NCBI GenBank assembly: GCA_963668025.2
Contig: CAXXTH010000010.1
Coordinates: forward strand, 448,001 to 512,000
Direction of reading: 5' to 3'
Origin: Candidatus Hydrogenedentota bacterium
GTDB taxonomy: Bacteria; Hydrogenedentota; Hydrogenedentia; Hydrogenedentales; SLHB01
Length of the DNA stretch: 64,000 bases
Positions within the stretch are counted from its first letter, which is position 1; every line of letters begins with the position of its first letter. The notes beneath the pieces are model-generated. The model did not search any database and had not been told where the DNA came from. It saw only the letters and a list, made by a program, of their open reading frames with translations. This document shows positions 20,567-32,997 of the stretch, one piece after another. Made by a program: the position numbers and the translations under genes.

Positions 20567-21540
20567 ATGGCTGGTAACTCGATTGAAAAAGAATGCCCAG
20601 TTTGTTCTGCTGAGAAAGCAGCAGTAACGGAATATAATGTCACTACAAATATTGTGATTGTCCGAATTGTGGTATATACCAGATCTCGAAGACCGCCCTA
20701 AGTGAACTTAGTGGTCTAGGACCAGATCAACGGGCCGTGCTCAGCCATTGCATTTGGATGGTGCAAAAAACAATGACTGTGCCTGTAATAGATACTCAAT
20801 ATATAGAGTACGCACGAGAAAACGAGCTTCCTTCGTCGGCCGAGCAACTCGATCTGTATGTTCTGTATTTGGGTGATTGTCAAAAACACCCATCTAGTAG
20901 TCTAATAATACATACAACACAATACCTGCGTGCCAAAATAGGGGCTGTCACTGTACAAAACGTAAGCGCGATTGCCCAATGGGCGGGGGATCTTGGTATA
21001 GCAGAGATCTCCCCCGGTGACAAGACACTCAAGTTCGGCGCGACTCTAGTTTACAGGGGCTGGCAGCGCTACGAGGAACTTAAACGCGGCAAGGCCTCCG
21101 GGACGACGGCGTTTCTGGCCATGGCGTTTAAAGATAGTGAAGATCAGGACTTCATCAAGGAGCACTTCACCAAAGCGGTGGCGGAAACGGGCTTTCGGTT
21201 GCGGGATATTCGTGAAGACCCGAAGGCGGGATTGATCGACAACCACATTCGTGTGGCGATTCGTATGGCGCGTTTCGTGATCGCGGATCTGACGCACAGG
21301 AACAAGGGCGCTTACTGGGAAGCTGGCTACGCCGAAGGACTAGGAAAGCCGGTTATTTACAGTTGCAGGAGGGATGTTTTTGAGAGTGAGCATCCCGATA
21401 TAAGGCCCCATTTCGACACCAATCACTGTCAAACCGTGGTGTGGGATCCTAAGGAACCAGAAAAGGCTGTTGCTCAGTTGGCCGATACGATCCGGGCGAC
21501 GCTGCCTTTCGATGCGAAGATGCCCAAGGAGGATGTCTGA
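20567..21540 (+). CDS. Zn-ribbon + nucleoside 2-deoxyribosyltransferase/TIR-like domain protein (frameshift near 20640)
   Basis: GGAGG RBS, MAGNSIEKECPVC; after a frame change YCDCPNCG continues into the 267-aa ORF; C-terminal AFLAMAF..FVIADLT..YWEAGYAEGLGKPVI. Confidence 0.7.
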
Positions 21541-21594
21541 TCTCTGTGTTCCTCTGTGTCTCTGTGGTGAGAGATCCGGTTCATTGGCGCCGAG
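21541..21594. repeat. Inverted copy of the 20478-20532 hairpin segment, right boundary of cassette
   Basis: TCTCTGTGTTCCTCTGTGTCTCTGTGGTGAGAGATCCGGTTCATTGGCGCCGAG starts at the base after the stop codon. Confidence 0.8.
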
Positions 21595-21826
21595 TAAGGC
21601 GGGCTACTCCGTCTGCTCCTGTCCTGCCGCCATTTCCTGTCTTTGCCGATGTCCAGCCGCGCCAAGGACAGGCCCGCCGTGGCCGCTGCCCCATCATCAA
21701 ATACTCCCACTAGATGACGCCATGTGGCCAGTGCATACTGCCAAATAAAGCATGCATGTATCTCCCTGTCCTTTGAAACGGCCTACCCACTATTTTCGTG
21801 GATTGCGCGGAGTCTGCGGCTCCATT

Positions 21827-25184
<3,358 letters not shown>

Positions 25185-25216
25185 GGGGCCGCAATGCCAT
25201 CGAGAGGAGCATACGG

Positions 25217-26122
25217 ATGAAAGCATCTTGTCTGAACACGGCGGCTCTCGCCGCATGGTTTGTTTGCGCAAGCGCCGCAGGGGCCGCGCCGCTGTCCATT
25301 TTCGTGAGCATACCGCCACAGGCCTATCTCGTGGAGCGGATTGCCGGTGAAGACGCCACGGTGCAGGCCCTCATCCAGCAAGGACAGGATCCGCATACAT
25401 TCGAGGCCGCGCCGCGCCAAATGGCCGCACTGGCCAAGGCGGATGCCTATTTTGAGCTGGGCGCGCTGCCCTTCGAGGCGCAGATGGTGGAGAAGATCCG
25501 CGCGGTAAACCCTGCCCTGCGCATTGAAAGCATGTCGCAAGGGATTGCGTTGCGGGAAATCGAGGAACATGGGCATGAAGGTGAAGAAGCGCATCACGTA
25601 CAAGAAGGAGGCAAAGATCCGCATATCTGGCTGGATCCGGCCCGGTTGAAGGCCATGGCGGAGAATACCGTGCGCATGCTGGCCGCGCTTCACCCGGAGC
25701 ATTCGGCTGTCTATCAAACGAACGGGGAAGCCCTCCGCCAAGAGATCGAGCGCGCGGACGCCCATGCCCGGGCGGCGTTGGAACCGTATAAAGGGGAAAC
25801 CTTTTTCGTGTATCATCCCGCGTTCGGCTATTTCGCGGATGCATACGGTTTGCATCAGGAAGCCTTGGAGATAGAAGGCAAAAGCCCGTCTCCCAGGGAA
25901 TTACAGGCGATCATCGCCGAAGCACGCGCCGCAGGCGCTAAAGCCATATTCGTGCAGCCAGGATTTGATACGAAATCGGCGGAGGCCATCGCATCGGCCA
26001 TAGGCGGCGCCGTAGCGCCCCTCGATGATCTGGCGCGGAATACGCCTCAAAATATCGAAAATATGGCGTCGAGCATCAAATCCGCTTTTGAGCCTAAAGA
26101 TGCGCCAAATGCGCAGCCATGA
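25217..26122 (+). CDS. znuA: Zinc ABC transporter substrate-binding protein
   Basis: DPHTFE, His/Glu-rich loop, DPHIWLDP, YHPAFGYFA. Confidence 0.9.
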   Translation: MKASCLNTAALAAWFVCASAAGAAPLSIFVSIPPQAYLVERIAGEDATVQALIQQGQDPHTFEAAPRQMAALAKADAYFELGALPFEAQMVEKIRAVNPALRIESMSQGIALREIEEHGHEGEEAHHVQEGGKDPHIWLDPARLKAMAENTVRMLAALHPEHSAVYQTNGEALRQEIERADAHARAALEPYKGETFFVYHPAFGYFADAYGLHQEALEIEGKSPSPRELQAIIAEARAAGAKAIFVQPGFDTKSAEAIASAIGGAVAPLDDLARNTPQNIENMASSIKSAFEPKDAPNAQP

Positions 26123-26200
26123 CGCCTCCCTCTTGCGGAAGGCGAATGTTTATTTCTAGGGCATGCTGCTGGCGCGCATCATCGCCAAAACCAGGAATAT

Positions 26201-26962
26201 ATGGATATGCAACAGACTCCCATTATCTCCCTTCGCGGCGTATCCTTCGGGTATGGGGAGGGGCTGGTTCTGGATGGCGTGTCGCTCGACATTTGGGAGC
26301 GTGAATTCATCAGTGTCATTGGCCCAAATGGAGGCGGCAAATCCACTTTGCTGAAACTCATGCTGGGCTTGCTGCGGCCCCGTTCGGGTGAAGTGCGTGT
26401 TTTCGGTGAACCGCCCCATATCACTCGCGCCTCCATCGGCTACACGCCCCAGCACACCTTGTATGATCCCCGTTTTCCCATGAGCGTCCTGGATGTCGTG
26501 CTCATGGGCCGTCTTGGACGCCGCTGGGGGCCTTATTCGAAGGAAGACCAGGAAGCCGCCCGGGAGGCCTTAGCGGAAATGGGATTGCCCGGCATCGAGA
26601 AACGGCCATTCAGCGAGTTGTCGGGAGGCCAGCGCCAGCGAGTATTGATCGCCCGCGCCCTGGCGTCTGGCCCGAAACTCCTGCTATTGGATGAGCCCAC
26701 GGCCAACGTGGACGCCATGGCGGAAAATAAACTTCTCGAAACCTTGAAAGAACTCAACCAGCGGCTGACCATCGTGCTGGTGTCGCACGACCTCGGATTC
26801 GTATCCAGCCTGGTGAGCAGCGTCATCTGCGTGAACCGCCGGGTGGTCATCCATCCCACCAGCGATGTGACCGGCGCAGTCATCAAAGATTTGTACGGAG
26901 GTGACTACCATATGGTGCGCCATGACCACCGGTGCGCGGAAGAGGCCCACACCCATGATTGA
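26201..26962 (+). CDS. znuC: Zinc ABC transporter ATPase
   Basis: GPNGGGKST, LSGGQRQR, LLDEP, His/Cys-rich tail. Confidence 0.9.
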   Translation: MDMQQTPIISLRGVSFGYGEGLVLDGVSLDIWEREFISVIGPNGGGKSTLLKLMLGLLRPRSGEVRVFGEPPHITRASIGYTPQHTLYDPRFPMSVLDVVLMGRLGRRWGPYSKEDQEAAREALAEMGLPGIEKRPFSELSGGQRQRVLIARALASGPKLLLLDEPTANVDAMAENKLLETLKELNQRLTIVLVSHDLGFVSSLVSSVICVNRRVVIHPTSDVTGAVIKDLYGGDYHMVRHDHRCAEEAHTHD

Positions 26963-27800
26963 TTTTTTCGCCGCTCTCGCTGATCCGGATATTCCGTTTC
27001 TCCGCAACGCCCTGTTCGCGGGGCTCCTGGCGAGCATCGCCTTTGGCATAATCGGAACCTATGTCGTCGCCCGGCGCATCACCTATATCGCCGGGTCGAT
27101 CTCCCACTGCGTGCTGGGCGGCATTGGCATCGCCTTGTATTTCCAGCGCACGGCGGAGCTGCCCTGGCTCGATCCCATTTACGGCGCGTTGGTGGCGGCC
27201 CTGCTGGCCGCGGTGATTATCGGATTCGTGTCACTATACGGCAAACAACGCGAAGATACGGTTATCGGCGCGGTATGGGCCGTTGGCATGGCCGTGGGGC
27301 TTGTGTTCTTGAAGAAGACGCCTGGGTACGTGGACCCCATGAGCTATTTATTTGGCAATATTCTCTACATTTCGCATACCGACTTATGGCTGGTCGCCGC
27401 GCTCGATGTGGCCGTGGTGGGGCTGGGCCTTTTCTTCATGAACCGGCTGCTGGCCGTGTGTTTCGATGAGGAATTCGCCCGTTTGCGCGGCGTGAACGTC
27501 GAGTTCTTTTACTTGCTGCTCCTATGCCTGACGGCGTTGACCGTTGTGCTGCTGGTGCGCGTGGTGGGGATTGTGATGGTCATCGCCCTGCTGACCCTGC
27601 CTGCCGCTGTGGCGGGCCTGCTCGCCCGGCGCATCGGCCAGATGATGCTGCTGGCCGTTATATCCTGCATGGTTTTCACCTGCATCGGCCTCGCGCTGAG
27701 CTACTCCTATGACTTGCCCTCCGGCCCGGCCATCATCCTCGTGGGCGGAGCGGCATATCTCGCCGTGCTGGGCATGCTGAAACTCGTGCGCCGCGCCTAA
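26955..27800 (+). CDS. znuB: Zinc ABC transporter permease
   Basis: ISH..LGG, YLFGNIL and FDEEFA motifs; ATG overlaps the znuC end. Confidence 0.9.
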   Translation: MIDFFAALADPDIPFLRNALFAGLLASIAFGIIGTYVVARRITYIAGSISHCVLGGIGIALYFQRTAELPWLDPIYGALVAALLAAVIIGFVSLYGKQREDTVIGAVWAVGMAVGLVFLKKTPGYVDPMSYLFGNILYISHTDLWLVAALDVAVVGLGLFFMNRLLAVCFDEEFARLRGVNVEFFYLLLLCLTALTVVLLVRVVGIVMVIALLTLPAAVAGLLARRIGQMMLLAVISCMVFTCIGLALSYSYDLPSGPAIILVGGAAYLAVLGMLKLVRRA

Positions 27801-27801
27801 A

Positions 27802-28065
27802 TCAAGTCTGATCGGAGAGGCACTTCAAATGCATTTCATGGCAATCCTCGCATTCTTCCAAAATGTGGTTGCGGGCGAATGATTCCCAGTGCTCTTTCTG
27901 TTTAGGCGAAAGCAATCCTGTCCCCTTACACAATGGGCAGGCGTTATCCAACGCGGCGAGCACGGCGTTGCGGATGAACTCCGACCGGTTCGCGATGCCG
28001 TGCAAGGCCTCACTTAGGGCTTGATCCACTTTGAAGGTGATGATTTCTGGTTTGGGACGAAGCAT
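27802..28065 (-). CDS. CopG/ribbon-helix-helix protein with C-terminal Cys/His metal site
   Basis: IITFKVD..NRSEFIRNAV (RHH), then CPLCKGTG and H..EECEDCHEMHLKC. Confidence 0.75.
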   Translation of the reverse strand: MLRPKPEIITFKVDQALSEALHGIANRSEFIRNAVLAALDNACPLCKGTGLLSPKQKEHWESFARNHILEECEDCHEMHLKCLSDQT

Positions 28066-28511
28066 CAGTTTTTCCTCATGCGTTGCGCCGCCTCTACGCG
28101 GCCCCGCCAGTATGGCAGAAATGCGGCTCAAGCTAAACCCAATTGATTACCCTTTTCCGGAACCGAGAGGTCTAATCATCGATATAGCACCCGTTTTTAC
28201 GCCATCCGATTTGAAACATTTCCCCAAAAATGTTCTTGCCAGACCCATACATTTTATGATATTGTCATCTATGATATCCCGCAAATGGGGCAAATTGAGA
28301 ATTGCGTGAATGCAATGATTGCTAGATCCTCGAAATATGGCTATCCCTGGGCAAAGTACGCGGATAGCATTCTCGTCATACAAAATTCTAAGAAAAGCAT
28401 TAAAGCTAGAATCGTGAACACTCGGAACAACTGGGTGCATTGCCGGGATGCCATGGCTCGTTGGACCGTATACAAGTCGCAATGTGGTACGTACATGAAA
28501 GGGGATACATT

Positions 28512-30521
28512 ATGTTGGACCGATTTTCGCTTGCAGGCAAACTAACGATCGGATTTGCTTCCGTCATTATCCTGGCCATAGCGCTCAGCGTATGGGCGAT
28601 TTACGGCATGATAAATGCCGCGAAAGGTGCGGATGAATTGGTGGCGCAAGTCGTGCCCACGCTCGAGGGCACGGCGGCGGTCAACGTGGAAGCCCAATGG
28701 ACTGCATATTATATTCTCGGTTATACACTCACTTCCGACAGTAAACGCCTTGAAACTGGTCGCGACCGGCTTAAAAATACTAAAACGAAACTCGACGAAC
28801 TGAAAATATTGGCGGATAATCAGAAAATGGATGATCTGTCCAAAAGTGTTGGCGTAGTTAGCGGAAAGATAAATGATTACGAAAAATTGATCGAGCAAAC
28901 AAAGACCTCTATTGAGGCCATGAACGGTTTAATTGTAAGCATGGGCAGCGCCGCTAATGCTTTTTTTGAAAGTGTGAAACAATCTCAAGACGCCGTCAAT
29001 AAACAAATAAAGCAGCAAATAGATGCTAATGCCACCATACAAAATGTTGCCCCTCTGTATAATGAGTTGAGCATTATAAATGAAATCATCGAACTGCAAA
29101 GCAACGCCCGCGTAGTATTCTTGAAATCTCAAGTCCAAAATGACGCGACCCTTGCGAATGAAAGTATCGAGAATTTTGCGAAAATCATTGAAAAATTGGA
29201 TTCTGTTATGGGGCAAATCACGTCCGAAGAAGATAAGCAAAGATTCGAAACAGCCAAAGCCCGTGCCGTGGAATATAAAGCAGGCATTGAAAACTACTTG
29301 CGCGAGTCTAAGAAAGTCACCGACCTAGCTAGCCAGCGCATGGATTCTGCAAAAGCCGCTATTGACACGGCGACAGAAGCAGCGGGGGCGGCCCGCAAAC
29401 GTAATGAGGAGATTTGCAAAAGCACTTCGACAAATCTGAATAGTGCATCCTTTTGGATCACAATTGGACTTGCAGTGGCTGCTTTATTAGGCCTTATCAT
29501 GGCCATCGGCATCACGCGCAGCATCACAAAGCCCATTAACCACGTGATTGATGGCCTTACCAGTGGCTCGGAGCAAGTTGAGAGTGCGGCGAATCAAGTG
29601 GCCCAATCGAGCACGCAAATGGCCGAAGGCGCCAGCGAACAGGCTTCTTCGCTCGAAGAAACCTCGGCTTCACTCGAAGAAATGACGGCCATGGTCAGCC
29701 AGAACGCCGATAACGCGCGCCAAGCCAGCAGCGGCGCTGGCCACGCCCGCGAGTCGGCCATACACGGGCGTGAAGCCATGGGGCGCATGGGCGAAGCCAT
29801 CACCATGATCAAAGAGTCTTCCGACCAGACCGCGAAAATCATTAAGACCATCGACGAGATCGCCTTCCAGACCAACCTCCTCGCGCTGAACGCCGCCGTC
29901 GAGGCAGCCCGCGCGGGCGATGCCGGCAAAGGATTCGCCGTGGTGGCCGAGGAAGTGCGCAATCTGGCCCAGCGCAGCGCCGAGGCCGCGCGCAATACCT
30001 CGGAACTCATCGAAGGCTCCCAGCGCAACGCCGACAATGGCGTGGCCGTGTCGCAGGAAGTCGCGGCCATACTGGATGAGATCGTGGGCGGCGTGCAGAA
30101 AGTGGCCCAATTGATCAATGAAGTGGCCGCCGCCACGGAAGAACAAGCACGCGGCATCCAACAGCTCAACGTCGCCGTCACCCAGATGGACCAAGTCACC
30201 CAAGCCAACGCGGCCAACTCCGAAGAAGCCGCCTCGGCCAGCGAAGAGCTGTCCGCTCAAGCGGGCGAACTCAGCAATATGGTGGGCCAACTGGTTGCCG
30301 TGGTGACGGGCTCGAGTAACAGAGCCGCCGCCAAGCAATCCAGCAAACACAAGATGAAATCTGCTCCCGCGCCTGCGCCTCGCAAAGCCTTGCCGCCCGT
30401 TCATCCGCAGCGCGTGGCCCTGCCCCCCAGAAAAAACGCGCAGCAAAGCCAGGACCAGTCACGCATCATCGGACCCGAACAGGCCATCCCCTTTGATGAT
30501 GACGACTTAGCGAATTTCTAA
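28512..30521 (+). CDS. Methyl-accepting chemotaxis protein
   Basis: Two TM segments, helical periplasmic sensor, [30 protein letters not shown]. Confidence 0.95.
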   Translation: MLDRFSLAGKLTIGFASVIILAIALSVWAIYGMINAAKGADELVAQVVPTLEGTAAVNVEAQWTAYYILGYTLTSDSKRLETGRDRLKNTKTKLDELKILADNQKMDDLSKSVGVVSGKINDYEKLIEQTKTSIEAMNGLIVSMGSAANAFFESVKQSQDAVNKQIKQQIDANATIQNVAPLYNELSIINEIIELQSNARVVFLKSQVQNDATLANESIENFAKIIEKLDSVMGQITSEEDKQRFETAKARAVEYKAGIENYLRESKKVTDLASQRMDSAKAAIDTATEAAGAARKRNEEICKSTSTNLNSASFWITIGLAVAALLGLIMAIGITRSITKPINHVIDGLTSGSEQVESAANQVAQSSTQMAEGASEQASSLEETSASLEEMTAMVSQNADNARQASSGAGHARESAIHGREAMGRMGEAITMIKESSDQTAKIIKTIDEIAFQTNLLALNAAVEAARAGDAGKGFAVVAEEVRNLAQRSAEAARNTSELIEGSQRNADNGVAVSQEVAAILDEIVGGVQKVAQLINEVAAATEEQARGIQQLNVAVTQMDQVTQANAANSEEAASASEELSAQAGELSNMVGQLVAVVTGSSNRAAAKQSSKHKMKSAPAPAPRKALPPVHPQRVALPPRKNAQQSQDQSRIIGPEQAIPFDDDDLANF

Positions 30522-30534
30522 CTGCGTAAATAAT

Positions 30535-30576
30535 GGCCGGAGGCGATACGGAAACGCCTCCGGCCTTCAAATTTTT
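30535..30576 (+). terminator. Intrinsic terminator
   Basis: GGCCGGAGGCG / CGCCTCCGGCC stem followed by a T-rich tract. Confidence 0.75.
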
Positions 30577-30578
30577 CG

Positions 30579-30765
30579 TAACATTTTAGACGGCTTAAGT
30601 AGCCCCTGATATTTGGCAGCCTTGTTTATTACCTTGCGCCGGTATTGATACATCATTTCGCACCTGCCGACCGACGAGGGCGTCGGTCCCACACTTTTTT
30701 TTAGCAAGTCATTTGTGGGACCGGCGCCCTCGCCGGTCATTTTTCACCACTCGGCTAAGGTGTTA
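30579..30765. mobile_element. MITE-like element, copy 2, with intact internal REP doublet
   Basis: Ends TAACATTTTAGACG and CGGCTAAGGTGTTA; internal REP arms at 30669-30692 and 30715-30738; homologous to 9450-9586. Confidence 0.8.
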
Positions 30766-30774
30766 CCAATTTTT

Positions 30775-31446
30775 CTAGAATTCTACCGCCGCCGGGAAAT
30801 AGCGCACTATCGCCCGCGCCACTATTTCGTGCCCAGCCCGGTTGGGGTGATTGACCCACGACAGCAAATCCGTTAGGTCGGCCTGCTTCGCATATTCCAT
30901 GAACAGCGCCAAGCTGTCCACAAGGCCCAACCCATACTCCGACGCCAGCCCGCGCACTTGCTCCGCATGGGCGCGCAACGGCCCGCTTTCCTCTGGCGTG
31001 GCGGAAAGAAGCTGCGTCATGTCTGGCGTCGGCGTGAGGAGGATGATCTTCACGTTCCGTTTGAGCGCCGCTTCAATCATATGACGCCATGCCGTATTCG
31101 CCCGCGCCAGCCCCAGATCCCGGTCGTTCAGGCTGTAATCAATCGTTAGCACATCCGGGCGGTGGCACAATACTTCCTTCTCGAACCGCGCCGCGCCCTG
31201 CTCCGAATTCTCCCCGCCAATGGCCGTCACGATGACATTGAGCGATGCATAGGGAAACCGGTTTTTCAACGCTACATGCAGTAAATGCGGATATGCGTTA
31301 AATGTATCCACAAACGGCGTCGCGAAATACCCGGAAGGCACGCTATGCCCATGGCATACGATATTGGCCAGCCGGTTCTCCGGCCAGTACGTCCGCAAGA
31401 CGGTGGTAAGGTCTGAAAGATAGGTAAGCGAATTTGCGATTGACAT
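30775..31446 (-). CDS. SGNH/GDSL hydrolase
   Basis: GHS block I, GGENS, SLND and NHPN..GH blocks; AAGGAGG RBS. Confidence 0.8.
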   Translation of the reverse strand: MSIANSLTYLSDLTTVLRTYWPENRLANIVCHGHSVPSGYFATPFVDTFNAYPHLLHVALKNRFPYASLNVIVTAIGGENSEQGAARFEKEVLCHRPDVLTIDYSLNDRDLGLARANTAWRHMIEAALKRNVKIILLTPTPDMTQLLSATPEESGPLRAHAEQVRGLASEYGLGLVDSLALFMEYAKQADLTDLLSWVNHPNRAGHEIVARAIVRYFPAAVEF

Positions 31447-31570
31447 AAAAAAAGCCTCCTTTATGTGGGTAAAACCGGCGGATAATAGCATAAATCCGGA
31501 GCGGAATATTAATATGAATTCAGACTAAAGGAGGCTTCCTTCTCTTTTCCCGTGGCGAAAAAAGCGGGCT

Positions 31571-32758
31571 TTAGCTTTTGCCGTCCGCCACCTCATCTGG
31601 CACGCCCGCCAAGGCGCGGCGCACATGCTCCAACGCGACGACCGCCCCGCGCACTTGATTGAGCGCATCAAGCTGGACGAATCCAATTTCCCATTCGGCG
31701 CGGCCCTCGGGCCATTCAAACAACACCCATGCCCGGCGCTCCTCGACATGGCTGGATATGGCCAAAACGCACTCCGCAGGGAATCGCTTGCGTGTTTCAT
31801 CCACAAGCCGGGCGGCGGCGGCGTCAAGCGCTTCCGAGGCCGTGGGGGGCTGTACGAATGAGCCCGCGAAGCTATGCGCGCCCGCAGCCACCAGGCGTTG
31901 GGCGGCCGCGCCGCCGGTATAGGTTTCCGCAATGGCAAGTTTCCAGCCCCGTTCCTCGAGCATACGGTCCACGACCCCTTCTATGGTCTCGTGGCCAGTG
32001 CCCATGATGAGCCCGGGCAACCGGCTGCGAACACGCGCTTCCAGCGCATCAATCATCGTATTGGCTTCCTCCATCGTGCGCGCACGCGCCGAAAGGCGGA
32101 TGCGTACGGAGTCAGGATATGCCAGCAGGCCGATTTTAGGGTTATCGCTTTCCACGATGAGATCGCCAATAAGGGCGTCCACGCGCGATTCGCCGACGCC
32201 GCACACATGCAGCACCCGGTAGTGGAGCACGCCTTCGATGCCCCATTTTTGGCGCATATAGGGGAGCACGCTGTCCGATAGCATGGCGTGCAGTTCGTGG
32301 GGCACGCCAGGCATGCAGATAATGACGCCCCGCTTATCTTCGACAATGAGCCCCGGAGCCGTGCCGTTTGGATTCGGAATGGCGATGGCCCCGCGCGGCG
32401 CATATGCCTGTTTGCGGTTGTTTTCCGTGATCGGCCGCCGGAAACGGGCAAACCGCTCCGCTAGCTGCTCATACAGCTCTTGGCGGAATTCCAGGGGGCG
32501 TCCCGTTAATTCCGCGACGCATTCGCGGGTGATGTCATCTTCCGTAGGTCCAAGCCCGCCGCTCGTGAGCACTACATCGGCCCGGCTCAGGGCGTCCTCC
32601 AACACGTGCCGAATCCGCTGCGGGTTGTCGCCCACCGTGGCTTTTTGGTATAAATTGATGCCATTTTCCGCTAGAATTTGGCCAATATAGGAGGCATTTG
32701 TGTCTACAATTTGCCCTAAAAGCAGTTCCGTGCCTATCATGACAATCTCAGCATGCAT
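31571..32758 (-). CDS. cinA: CinA (MoCF-binding/NAD pyrophosphatase + degenerate PncC domain)
   Basis: IGTELLLGQIVDTN, GGLGPTEDD, NPNGTAPG, PGVPHE. Confidence 0.88.
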   Translation of the reverse strand: MHAEIVMIGTELLLGQIVDTNASYIGQILAENGINLYQKATVGDNPQRIRHVLEDALSRADVVLTSGGLGPTEDDITRECVAELTGRPLEFRQELYEQLAERFARFRRPITENNRKQAYAPRGAIAIPNPNGTAPGLIVEDKRGVIICMPGVPHELHAMLSDSVLPYMRQKWGIEGVLHYRVLHVCGVGESRVDALIGDLIVESDNPKIGLLAYPDSVRIRLSARARTMEEANTMIDALEARVRSRLPGLIMGTGHETIEGVVDRMLEERGWKLAIAETYTGGAAAQRLVAAGAHSFAGSFVQPPTASEALDAAAARLVDETRKRFPAECVLAISSHVEERRAWVLFEWPEGRAEWEIGFVQLDALNQVRGAVVALEHVRRALAGVPDEVADGKS

Positions 32759-32997
32759 GTATGAATATCTCCAATTTGCCCTGATGATCGTTTTAAGGGC
32801 ATATTGTAACCACGCAGATGAAAAAGGCCAAATTTTACAGGCGTTGAAATTTTGCATTGACAAGCCGTGGCGGTAGAATGTTAGGTTATTGCAGGAATAG
32901 CGTATAAACCGGACCGCAAGGAAATGCCGTCTAGGATTGTACTGAATCCGCCAATAAGTAAGCGGAATTTGCGGTGCTGGGTGACTATTTCTGGAGG

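Noticed and set aside
20459-21594. Integron attC cassette
   Set aside because: The boundaries are inverted relative to each other, lack RYYYAAC/GTTRRRY cores, and there is no integrase nearby.
28130-28510. c-di-GMP riboswitch or sigma28 promoter upstream of the MCP
   Set aside because: Consensus elements were not found; only a short GCTATCC/GGATAGC stem.
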